A DNA stretch of 64,000 bases from assembly GCF_964204645.1 (NCBI RefSeq), contig NC_134026.1:9075950-9139949 (forward strand), read 5' to 3'. Shown in pieces: positions 25,927-38,200 of this stretch; positions within the stretch are counted from its first letter, which is position 1; the number at the start of each line of letters is the position of its first letter. This DNA is from Tubulanus polymorphus (lineage: Eukaryota > Animalia > Nemertea). The notes beneath the pieces are model-generated. The model was not told where the DNA came from and searched no databases. It saw only the letters and a list, made by a program, of their open reading frames with translations. The translations under genes were made by a program, and so were the position numbers.

Positions 25927-27740
25927 GTGATGATGATGGTTATTATTTAGAGGACGATAGGGATGATATATTTGACATGTCATTTGATCAGGGCGACATG
26001 CTAGCTGACTCATTTTCTCTTTATTTTGAACCTGAGGGGAACTGTAATGCAGATTACTTAGATGACACTGAACCTTTACATTTAGATAAGTTTATTGATT
26101 ATCACACTCCTTCATGGGGTGCCGATGACGTTTATGACATTCAAGATCGTAACTTTGGGGATAGCTGGAGGGACAATTCTCAGTTGTCGTTAGATGGAAA
26201 TTTTTATATGGATCAGGGATCCAATTTTGAGGACATCTGGAGGGACAATTCCCAGTTGTCGGCTACTTACGAGCATATAAAAAGACACAGGAGGGTTACG
26301 TTTAGCGATCCGGTTAAATTGCAGGAGGTACGTGCTGATATGGCGTGCTCGGGTGACAATATTAGTATTGATAGGTCACACCCTAGAGGGGTTAATGGTC
26401 CGACGGATTCGGCAGAAGATGACCTTTTTAGAGATAGGAAGTCTCATTTAGATTGTCACGAAGGCGCTTTTGATCAGTATAGGTACCCAGCAACCTCCGA
26501 ATCAGCAATACAATGTGATCTTGTGTCATCAGATTCAAGTAGTAGTAATAATTCACGATCGGAATGTCTTAATGATCAGAGTAATATGGAAACTATTTTG
26601 TCAAAGATATCTAGTCAGGAGTCAATGTCGGAGAATTTGTGTCACTCGTTTGAAAGAGGACAGCACTTTCCTGTCACCTCAAATGCCAGCAGTTTTCACC
26701 ATCCAGTTGGGGATGGAATGTCCCATGAACAGGACAGAGGTCAAGTTGTCCTCACGTCTAAACCGAATATGCCAATCAACGAAAAGGTTGGGATAGGAGA
26801 TTCGAACTCCGATTGTCAACCAACTGTTCACTGTCAGGAACAATTTCCACCTGTTACGATGACTTTAGGTAACACGTCAACCAACGACATAGGGTCCTTT
26901 TCCAGTCAGAACAACACTATTGGACAGGAGGCTTATTCCCCGTCAATCATGGCAACTGCCGCCAACCGAGTGACTGGTAGTCATTCAGGGACACCGTTAA
27001 ACATTTTGATTGATACGGGTGCCGATATTTCTGTAGCGTCAAACAATTACTTCATCAATCATCCTCAGATATCGAATGGCCCTTTGCAGGAGGGACAATT
27101 TCAGTCCGCCCGTGGGGTAGATGGTACTAAGTTTTATTTAAAAGGTGTTATTTCCGTAGATTTTGTATTAGGAAATTTGGACGTGTCACATTCTATGTAC
27201 GTGGTGGATGGAGTCACCTCGGACTTCATTCTCGGAGTTGATTTCCTGGAACGAAACCAGGCAGTTATCGATTATGCTAAAAAGGCTCTCTTGTTGCCAG
27301 GCGCCGACATAATTTACTTTAGTAATGATGTCATCTTGGGGAAATCTTCGTCGGTTAAAGTCACGCGTATGACTGTTATTCCCCCTTCATGCGATGTCAC
27401 CGTAGACCGTAAGTGGTTAATTGACAAGTCTCAGTCATCGATTGCAGCCTTTGAGCCTGCACATGATTTGAGAATGCGTGATCTCATGAGCGCAAGGTCA
27501 GTTGTTAGCGTCATGCCATCAAGGCATAGGCTTCGAGTCACGAACCCTACGTCACGACACGTCACCCTCTTTGAAGATACGTGTCGTAGTGATTCGTGGA
27601 CAGATGGGTGGTCACTTGACCGATCACTCAAAACAGAGGCGAAGTCAGGACAGCTTCCTCGGCCACCGGAGGTGTCTATCACACATGTGGAAGACCCTCA
27701 GACGTCAGACGAAATTTGTAAGTATAATCGAATTATTTAG
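25722..27740 (+). CDS. ORF2 (-1 frame): ~400-aa acidic low-complexity region, retropepsin aspartic protease, post-protease beta-rich domain; no RT/RNase H/IN
   Basis: LIDTGADISV active site and DFILGVDFL; poly-Asp; the track's GTG start at 25758 is preceded by an open frame back to the slippery site. Confidence 0.85.
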
Positions 27741-29190
27741 AGTTTGGATCAAGATGCATACGTCCTATTGAAAATTATGAATTGTATACGGTAAGCGTCT
27801 CTTCAGTAGGTTATCGAAATATAATTACATAAGTATTGTGAAACTGAAGTATATATAACGCATTGTTGCCAATGAGTTAACTCCTGATCTGGGTTTAATC
27901 TAATACAGGAGATAAAGACAACTATAAATAAAAGTGAATAATAGCTTGATTGTCGTGATATTGGTTTTTTTTTTTTTGCTGAAATATCACTAGTCTCTAG
28001 GGTTTATTATCTGTAGTCTGAATGGATGTCATTAATTGTCAGTTAGAAAAGAAAGAGTTATGATATGTTTGAATAATCTCTGTATTATTATGATATTAAT
28101 TGTAGGATACCCGTATCGGATGTGTTGGAATGAGACCGCCGAAGATACGATAGCACTAAGATGGAAGAATGCCTTCTGTCAACCGCAATAGATGTTGATG
28201 GGTACCCCCCTGATAGTGACCATATGGAGATGGGGACTTGTTGGGAGGTATCCTGAAACTCTATTCGATGCAACTGATAGTTTGAAAAACCAGCAACTGG
28301 TATGCTCTGGCCGAGATGGGTGATATTAATTCACCGATTCGTCAATTAACGAGGAAAAAGGAACAACTATATACAGCCTACAACAACGATCTAGGGCGTT
28401 GCCGTTTCAACGGGATGGAATTATGCTCGATGATTAGTCATGCGATTCTGGCCATTGTTAGTGGTGTTTGTCACTCTCGAAGACCTGTTATATACTCTCA
28501 AACTTAAGTGATGAAGGGTGGACAAAGACACCTGGCCAATGCGATACGAAATATGAAGAAAAGTGATAATTTCCGTAGACATTTTAGCGGAGTAAAGCCG
28601 AGTGTGTTCAAGATGGCTCCCGTGTAGTTACATTAACATTCGATGGAATGTTGTTCGCTCAAGCCGTAAGATGCGAATACATTACTGTTCCGTTTCTATA
28701 TTAACTGTGGAGAAAAGACTCCGATATAGTAACCGTAGTACTATAGCGTCTATGAATAGCGAGCAAGTATTCAGCTGAACATACATGTGTTTTGCCGTAC
28801 TATCAACGTAGCAGTACGCGCTTCGAGGAACTGCGGTGGATGACGTCATTCGTCCGTCCATGACGTACCTTGTTGTGTCTGGTAGCTGTTGCGTCACTTC
28901 GCGGTAAATTCTAAACTCAAACTGTGAACTGTTTTGTGCTTAACTTTCGAGTGTTTAGTGTGCGGGGACAGCGGTCTCGAATGAACTTTTTTCCGATTGG
29001 GTATCCGGAACTTTAAATGCGGTTTTATGATATACTATATCATGAACTTTAATATGCGTTGTAGTGTCAAACTCGTTACTCGTTATAATGAATTGTTTAC
29101 TAATGTTCTTTTTCAGGATTTGTTCTAGAGGTATCAGCGGGATATTCACGAGTTGGTTTAAATTCAAAATTTCGGGACGAAATTTAAACT

Positions 29191-29203
29191 GGATAGGGAG
29201 TGA
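29191..29203 (+). promoter_or_regulatory. Polypurine tract
   Basis: ggatagggagtga immediately before the 3' LTR. Confidence 0.7.
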
Positions 29204-30473
29204 TGATCCGCAGCAAGATTCCGTAGTAACTAAAAAATGTTTGTAATGATGGTTTTGTTTGCGTTGGTGGTTTCTTTATGGGTATCAGACAGCAAACGAT
29301 GTGTGCAAGTTGTTGTTTGATGCTTTGATCTACCAGCGCTGACAATAAATCAGCCAGGGGTAAAAATAATTCTTCCTCGGTTCTTGTGCGTCGATATCTG
29401 GCAAACATTCAGAATTATTTTTAAAAACTTAAGGATAGACGGAACTGTAATTGGTTGGGTCGGAACGATGAGGTGCTTTGATAGTGTGGTTTGTGCAGGG
29501 ATCTCGCTGTTACTTCTTGATACTCCCGACTACTTTCTATAAAAGGAAGAACCGGAAGTATAGGGAGACATGGTTGTTTTGCTTTATCCTGTAGTATTAT
29601 AGAGTTAGTTAAATTATAAATGAAAATTGGTATAATAAGTATAGAATGATTTTAGATTTGATAATTAATTACATTGTATTTCTGAATCAAAAGTTTACTA
29701 TTGTTGATTGGAAAAAGAAACGATGAGTTTGTTCCATAATCTAGGTGAAAACTAAGTTTTGAAAATATATCTAAATTAAGTATCCTGGATGTTAATTAAG
29801 GACAAGACCTTTATAATCGCTTAAGTTTTATGGAAGTTTAATTGTGGCAAATATCAATACTAGCTCTCTAAGGTTTCTGTTGGTGTACATGTCTGTTGGT
29901 AACTCGTAGAGAATAGCTGCTCTCTCAACGATGATGAGTAGGGAGTGAGTAAATCAAAGCGCGTTATGACAGGAGGGTTGGAAAGAAAAGTTACTTTGGC
30001 AAATCAGTTTCTCAAATAATTTTAGATTAGCGAATCATTAAGGCTAATTCTACATGTCCAAAACCGTCATGACAGCTAGGTTGCTGCTCCTTGCCAAAAG
30101 TCGAACGGGAGAGTCGGCATTCTAGGAATGTCGATCTTTTCTATAAAAAGAGGCCCGCAGTCTTGAGAAAGCAGAGTTACCAGGGACGCTCGTTATAGAT
30201 ACTTGAGGTTTGGGTGGAAATACCAGAATTAAGACGGGTTACCAACAGTAGTGTACAATAGGAATTTGGAGTTAGGAATTGGACTGTGTACTATCTGGAG
30301 TTATTACTATCATCAAGGTAAATAAAATCTATATTATTATTATTATATTCAATCGGAATTTCGGCATTTTAGTTTAATTAGTTGGGTTTGTGCACGGACA
30401 CGTTCTCTCGCCAGGGACCGATCTTTACGTTTTTTATTCAACGATTAAGGAGAGGATTGTGACCGGTGTATCA
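29204..30473 (+). repeat. 3' LTR
   Basis: Same length and sequence as the 5' LTR; followed by TSD GTAT. Confidence 0.95.
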
Positions 30474-31810
30474 GTATATACATGAATCAGACGTGAAGTT
30501 TTTTTACTATATTTCGAAATGATAATCAATTCATTTCAATTACAGGAAACCATATTCAACTCGCTACATGACCCTCCGACAACATCATTCTAAAATGCTG
30601 AATTCAGTTTTTAAAGAAGGAAAGACGTAAGTTCATTCTCATCTTCTATTGCTAATTTCTTAAAAGAATTTCATCCATGTTATATTCATTGTATTAAAAT
30701 ATTTTTCAGGTCAGCAGTAACGTATGTTAATGACGTTTTGCTTAAAGAGGCCATTTGTTTATTGGTGTCAACCTACCGAAATATCACATACAACGAGGCT
30801 GATATTCTTGGAAGAAGAACAGAGGCCAAAAAACTAAAAGATGTACAACGACTAATGTCCAAATACTTCTTGCCAGATTATTGAAGAGTGAAGCAGTTTT
30901 CGATTCTTAAATGGGAGCTGTTGTAGATTGGTTATCCCGTAATGATTGTATTCTATGGAATAAGTTTTCTTGTTGCGATGAATTTTTGGATTGCTAGAGA
31001 TGGTCTTTGCTGAATTTTGGTAATGGTTTTAATTGGAACCAGATTGTGACATGGATGTTTGAATTGTTGAAATGCTGTCCAGTCTTCTAATAGATGTGTG
31101 TAGTATATAGCCTATAGAAGTTCTTTGCAATGATGTTTCAGAAGTTATGAATGATGGTTGAAAGATTCCAGCCGGGGCCGAGATGGTATTGTAAATTGTT
31201 GTTAATTAGTGGATCGTTTTATCTGCCTGGTTTGTTGTCGATGTCTTATGCTGTGTACTACTTCGTGTTAAATATTATTTTTGTATTGTGTCTTAACAGA
31301 CAAGGGCGTTTTCTGTCATCCAATATGAAATGATAATTTTTGGTTCAAATTATGATACATCTATCCGGAATTGGGAAATATTGCTGAAGAGTAAAAGGGG
31401 AAATATGAAAGAATTGATGATAACCTTTTTTACCGTGTAAAGTAATAATTAATAATTAAATGATAAGTAATAATTTAGTTTGGCGACAAAGATTTAGTAA
31501 TCTAAAATGCTAAATTGATTTCGAATTCCAACGTATGTTGTTTATGTTCAAATATGAATAATATAGTCTTCGAATGTAATATGGTTTACAGATTTTGATA
31601 AATAAATAACTGAACATAATTTCACATATATACGATTTGTTTTATGTTTTAAGGGGACATAGCCAATTTGGCTTTTAGTACGTACATCCAGCCATCATTG
31701 TACGCATATTGTTGAAATAATAATTTCTTGTTGTAATTTTTATATATGGCAAAAATGCATTATCATTATGAGCATGGGACTCAACATTGACAAAGTGGAC
31801 AATTTCATTA

Positions 31811-32800
31811 GTCCTCTCACGGGACAGTGTGTTGAACCGAGTCCTCTCACGTGACATTCTTTGAAACCAGGTCCTCTCACGGAACAGTAAGTTGATTCGG
31901 GTCCTCTCACGGGACAGTGTGTTGAATCGGGTCCTCTCACGGGACAGTATGTTGAATCGGGTCCTCTCACGGGACATTATTTAAAAGCGGGCCCTCTCAC
32001 GGGACAGTGTGTTGAATCGGGTCCTCTCACGGGACAGAGTGTTGAATCGGGCCCTCTCACGTGACATTATTTGAAACCAGGTCCTCTCACGGGACAGTGT
32101 GTTGAACCGAGTCCTCTCACGTGACATTCTTTGAAACCAGGTCCTCTCACGGGACAGTAAGTTGATTCGGGTCCTCTCACGGGACAGTGTGTTGAATCGG
32201 GTCCTCTCACGGGACAGTATGTTGAATCGGGTCCTCTCACGGGACAGTATTTAAAATAGGGTCCACTTACGGGACAGTGTGTTGAATCGGGTCCTCTCAC
32301 GGGACAGTGTGTTGAACCGGGTCCTCTCACGGGACAGTATTTAAAATCGGGTTCCTTCGCGGGACAGTATTTAAAATAGGGCCCTCTCACGGGACAGTGT
32401 GTTGAATCGGGTCCTCTCACGGGACAGTACTTAAAATCGGGTTCCTTCGCGGGACAGTATTTAAAATAGGGTCCTCTCACGGGACAGTGTGTTGAATCGG
32501 GTCCTCTCACGGACAGTATTTAAAATCGGGTTCCTTCGCGGGACAGTATTTAAAATAGGGTCCTCTCACGGGACAGTGTGTTGAATCGGGTCCTCTCACG
32601 GGACAGTATTTAAAATCGGGTTCCTTCGCGGGACAGTATTAAAAATAGGGTCGTCTAACGGGACAGTATTCAAAATCGGGTCCTCTCACGGAACAGTGTG
32701 TTTAATCGGGTCCTCTCACGGGACAGTATTTAAAATCGGGTCCTCTCACGGGACATTGTGTTGAATCGGGACCTCTCACGGGACGGTAACTTGAATCGCG
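31811..32800 (-). repeat. Right subterminal tandem array, ~33 x 30 bp, inverted relative to 19789-20540
   Basis: gtcctctcacgggacagtgtgttgaatcgg is the reverse complement of the left unit, with shared variant types. Confidence 0.97.
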
Positions 32801-33305
32801 GGTTCCGTTGTAAAATCCTGCGTGAAAAACGTGCATTCATATCCCCTATTGTCCCCCTGGCCCTGCAGTAAATTAGAATTTTTCGGTAGGCCCTTATGTA
32901 TTTATAAATGAAATCAAAATGGAAAATGTAATAATTACAATCGATAGTTGAATTTATTTATTCATAATCGTTATAGGCAGAATACATAAGAATATATAAG
33001 GGACTCGAAACCGCTAGCATTGGAATCGACGTTTCATGTAAGAATTCTACATTTGTCCCGTGAGAGGACCCATGTTTCGTCACAGGCCCGGGTCCTCTCA
33101 CGGGACGCTGCAGTTAAACTCATATGGATTTTCACTTGCAACTCTTGGAGGAATCCCTTTTCACGCAGAATGTGATGACGTAGTAGGGAATTTCCGCATA
33201 AAACTCCTACACTTAGCTCACGTTTCGGTGACGTAGTTCACGCGGCTCGTAATTCGGGTACATGTGTAGCCGAACTAGAGGTAGAGATAGAGATAGAGTG
33301 GTAAA

Positions 33306-35198
33306 ATGGTGGAAGTGGTAGCAGGTTGCTATGAAGAACTGACTCTAGCTTATAAGCTGTTCAGCGAAAATCTTAACAAGGTTATCCCTAAATTTTGTAA
33401 ATGAATTTAGAATCTAAATTTTAGGTCTTCTAAAAGAGTCTGTTTCCCCGGCAATCGTCATGATTAAATAGGCCTATGCCCAAGTGAAGCAAGTCATAGA
33501 CACAGGGGTTTGGCGATGGGCTTGGATTTTATTTCCGGGTTGTTGATAATCTCGCGAGAATGGCGCTAAATATGAACTACGAATAAATTCAAAATATCAC
33601 GGAAATACCTTGTGTTTATATTGTTTATTTATCCGCTATAAAGTTTCGATAAACAATTGGTCGTTAAGGATCATTATCAGACGGTCGTCACGCTACTATA
33701 TAAAATCACAAGGGATGAAACGCCTTCAGAGTTGTGCCAGCCAGAAAGTTGGGACAGTCACGTGACATTCTGATGATGTCATCACATTTAAAACTTTAAC
33801 ATGAAAAGTTAACATATTCACAGACTAATATCAATTGTCAGATGATGATTCATATGAAATTAATAACTTATAAAGAATAAATTATGATCAAATATATAAT
33901 TCATTAAAAAAAATTGCATTTGAATGTAAGTTATTCTCAAATATTTTTCGTATCATAGTTTCCATCTTAGATGCTTCGGGTTTGCATTCATTCAAATAAG
34001 AAGCGCGACTGTCACGTGACTGTCCCAACTTTCTGGCTGGCACGAATTGAACTGCGTTTCATCCCTTGTTATTTTATATAGTAGGCCTAAAGCGTGACGA
34101 CTGTCTGATGATGATCCTTAACGACCAATTGTTTATCGGAACTTAATAGCGGATAAATAAACAATATAAACACAAGGTATTTCTATGATATTTTGAATTT
34201 ATTTGCAGTTCATATTTAGCGCCATTCTCGCGAGATTATCAACAACCCGGAAATAAAATCCAAGCCCATCGCCAAACCCCTGTGGTCATAGAGTAAGCTT
34301 TTTACAACTGTTGATGAAGATGGTTTACAGGTTGATGGTACAGGGGCCTGATTTCTTTCCATAGGCCTAGATCTATAAGAACATTTTTTTTAAGGATTGG
34401 CCTCCTTAGAAGGCTCATTATGGGGAAGACGAGAATACTGACATATAGACCTATCTTGAAAAGAGTATATTAGGCCTATATGTATGGGGTTGAAACCTGT
34501 CCTTTGGTAATGTTGACAGAGCAGTCACAATGTGGTCAGAATAACCAACGCAGATTCGACTATGTGTCTTTTAGTGAGATTACTGTTAGGAAAAATAATA
34601 TTTGCCCTAGGGAAATCAAGATTGTGTCCGGTTTCCAAAAAATGAAGGGCTACCTCACTTTCTAATTCAACTCCATGGGTTTCAGCCCCTAAAATAAACT
34701 TCTTAGCTATCAATTCGTTTATTGTGGGATTTTACTCTTAACCTATAAGATATGTTGTCGTTTTTCAGGAATGGAAATTGGAACCAAGTTTTACAGATCA
34801 TTCGCACACAGGCTGCGTGAAAGCCTTGGCTATATCGCCGAAAGGAGTCCTCGCGACGGGCAGTTCCGATGAAACCATTAAATTATTTAATGTACGGAAA
34901 AGGGTTGAATTAGGATCGCTAATGCACCATGATGGTAGGTGGTTAAAACACATCTATCCAGTTGCCCCCATAATTAAATCTTTTTGATCTTAAAGTTTCA
35001 CAGATATTTACTTCTAATTAATTAGATAGAGATTAATTTAATAGAACTAACTCCAGCTAATTAGTGCTGCTATTTACTCTAGGACTCTAGTTTTTGATTG
35101 GCTAAAGTAACACTAAAACTATTCCAATAACTATGCCAATGTTAAATTATGCACTAATAAGTGGACTAATTATATTTTTAAGTTTCCTTTGATTTGGT

Positions 35199-35239
<41 letters not shown>

Positions 35240-38200
35240 TTATTGCTCACAAAATTTACAAATTTGCGAAGAGCAAAAGCCAGTTACAAGATACATTAGG
35301 CCTATACAAATTACAGACAATGAAAATTGACAGTACATACAATTGGTGGGCATATGCAACAAGTGCATTATCTGGCATTTATGCACTTAGGTAACAAAGT
35401 ATCTTAAACATTTCTGTATATATAAAATGAGGTTTTTTAATTTCACGCCAGTTGTACAAAATAACTCTTTAAATTTATGCAATGTAGGATTGTTTATATA
35501 ATATTGCTTGACATACTTCTTGCGCTGGTCATTGAAAAAAGGACAAATAAATATAAAGTGAAATTCATCACATACAACTCCCATATCGCACTTAGTACAC
35601 AGCCTGTCTGCTCGGGGTATACGATTATATCTCCCTTTTTCTATTGGGAGGGGATGGTTGGAACATCGGAATCTACAAAATGATATCCTTAGATGATCAG
35701 GTAATTCAGATAAATAGTGTTCAGAGCCCCATTCAGTTTTAAAAATTCTATATGAGTCGGCAATATTAGAAATCTTACATTGGTTATCCCAGTTTTGAAA
35801 GTATTGGTCCCTCAGTCGCAAAGAAAGGCTGTGTGCTGCATAATCAGGATTAGGGGGATTAGCGGTGGATCACGAGATTTTAGTGAATTATAATTACTCA
35901 AGGACTGATTAAAAGTTTTTGATCTACACACAACATCTGATAAAGTAATGATATAGAATTACTGATGATCAGTAATTCTATATCTTATACTTTAAATCTA
36001 TATTCAATAATATACAAATGAATTTCTAAGTAAATTATTTAGGTGATGTTAATCCAAATCAAAAAGCATATTAATTTCGGGGTGGGGGGGGGGCAATTGT
36101 CCGAGGGTCAGTTATCCGGGGAAATTGTCCTAGAATCCCCTTTTTATATTCTAATCATGCGAGATCGGAAATGAGATTTGATGTGTGTTTGATATTTCAG
36201 GTACTATCAATTGTATCGACTTTTACAAGAATCGTTTTATGTTCAGTGGTAGTTGTGATGGTACCATAGGTGTGTGGAATACATCAAATTGGGAGTGTTT
36301 GAAAACATTACGCGGTCACCAGTAAGTTATCCCGTAGAACTCATTCTTCCAAATCGATCTTGCATTTTGGTACCTGATTTGCGTCGCAATAAATTTTAGA
36401 GACCCACTGTACATAGTTTTTTGCATGTACAGAATTCTAGTCTTCTAGCGCATGGTCCCGATCTAAGGAATAAAAGCCACTCGCTCGAAGGGCAAGCATA
36501 TCTAAAATTTTACTTGCCCCCTCAGAAATCTACGTGGCCTAAAGATTTAGCTGAGCTGGAAAAATCAAACGCTATTTCAGGAAAATGTTTCAAAAAGATT
36601 TTTGCTCATAACCAGGTCTTTCGCCTTTGTTTTCCCATATAAAAACCAAAGGTCTACAAAAGCTCATTTATTACCAATGTATCGATTGTGATAAGCTTTG
36701 AGACATAAATATGCACTATGCCAGCGGACAAGTGATAATGATAACATACTTGCCCTAATGAGAAAAAGACTTGTATATTATAGTAGTATTTATTTATCAT
36801 TTGGTTGTTACATTATTACATGATTAATTTTATATGATATACAGTGAAAAAATGTAACAAAAAAATGTGGGATAGACAGCTTGTCCTGGCAAGTTAAATA
36901 ACTGCTTAGATAGAACCCTGTAGCATTAGAAAACAGAATGTTTAAGACCTGAATTCTGGTATACAGATGATGATGATTTGTATAATGCCCCTATTGGTGT
37001 TCTTATGTGGGTTCCATTGCAAATATCACCCTAGCCCTGAGTTTTTGTATCAATGGCTTTCCCTATAGTCTACCAATAACTGAATGTGCATATTTTGATT
37101 TATTACAGGGGATCTGTGCATAGCGTAGCTGTGCATCCGAGTGGAAAACTCGCGCTTTCGATTGGGGCTGATAAAACACTGCGCACATGGAATCTGATGA
37201 CGTGTAGAAAAGCTTTCATAAAAAAACTGAAAAAAGGTTTGTAGACTTTTTGGCGGTATCGATCTTTTGCCTTGGCCCACCCCTCATAAAACTGGTATCG
37301 CTGAAGTAGGACTTATGGTTCCCGGTTGTAATTGGGTTGATCCTTTGACCATTTTAGTGCCCAAAAGGGTGAATTTTTTGCCTGAAGCCCATGACCTGTA
37401 GCTTCCGAATGGTTTGCCATTGAAATTTGTCATGGGCATTCTTTTATTGATTTGAACATTGTTTTACCCTTGGAACTGCGACAAGAGGCACGATGGAGTC
37501 ATATGACTTGCCCTAAGACCAGAATAACTCAATCAGCTGCGGGCGATTTTCTCATCGATTTTATCGCTTGGAGTAGCTGACACTAGGCGATGCTATTGAG
37601 GTGATCTTCAAGCGTCGCCACTGACACAAAAGAATCTAGGACAATTGCCCCTCGGACAACTGCCCCCGGACAATTGAAACACTGTCAAGCATAAGCGGGT
37701 GTTCAAAATTTTTGACTTATTTAATTCTAAAAAGGTTGCTTCGGAAAATGGGGGTTTAGAGCCCTTAAACCATCCCCTGGATTGGCCCTGCTTGACGTGA
37801 AAAAAAATCTGGAAAATGAAAAATCCTGTTTTATTTTGTCGCTAAAAGGGCAATCGTTAGGATGAGCAAAAATGACACAACTTCCAGGTGGGTAATTTGG
37901 GTTCTTTCTACAATCTGACCCCTGAGATTGTTGCAAACATGACTTTCTTTTGGATGGATCATTAGATTGTGGTGAACGTTTGGGACCCTCAGAACATATT
38001 TTGTTGACATTGTCAGTTGTACGGAATTGTTATATTTCTAGCTGCAAACCAGTTACTGTGGTCTCCTGATGGTGAAAAATACATTGTAGGCATTGAAAAT
38101 TCAATTGATATCTTCCAAACTGCAGTAAGTCATCTATTCTTCAATCCATCCAATCAATTCATTGCGATATTTCATCTTTCTATAGTGTATGATCCTTTTT

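Larger units (their letters stand above)
22825..30473 (+). mobile_element. Young non-autonomous Gypsy-like LTR retrotransposon (gag-pro only), 7649 bp
   Basis: Two 1270-bp LTRs TGAT...ATCA; 4-bp TSD GTAT (22821-22824, 30474-30477); PBS; PPT; gag with CCHC knuckle; aspartic protease. Confidence 0.95.
20617..30884 (+). pseudogene. Transposon cargo gene, 5'-truncated: UIM-like motif, OTU cysteine protease, PHD finger, unknown C-terminal domain; one intron holds the LTR element
   Basis: LTEAEQIKISMKLSLKES (UIM-like); VADDGSCFF ... TWADALVVRATA ... LLGHIQDIHY (OTU Cys and His boxes) with a T-run frameshift at ~21250 and in-frame stops; YCVC...QCDECSGWFHPKC...CETC (PHD, 21945-22215); GT-AG exons continue to a TGA at 30882-30884. 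Confidence 0.8.
19325..33112. mobile_element. Large non-autonomous DNA transposon with TIRs and inverted 30-bp subterminal arrays (Zisupton/KDZ-like or foldback/MULE-like)
   Basis: TIR (t)gcagc..gtcccgtgagaggacc(t/c)ggg(g)cctgtgacg at both ends; GTTAAACT repeated at 19317-19324 and 33113-33120; the flanks rejoin into the TRNAU1AP promoter duplicate. Confidence 0.8.

Noticed and set aside
25669-26013. Poly-His ORF on the minus strand
   Set aside because: Antisense reading of the (GAT)n poly-Asp tract of ORF2
27741-29190. env or decayed pol in the 3' internal region
   Set aside because: Only ORFs under 75 aa; no RT, RNase H, integrase or TM/fusion motifs recognised by eye
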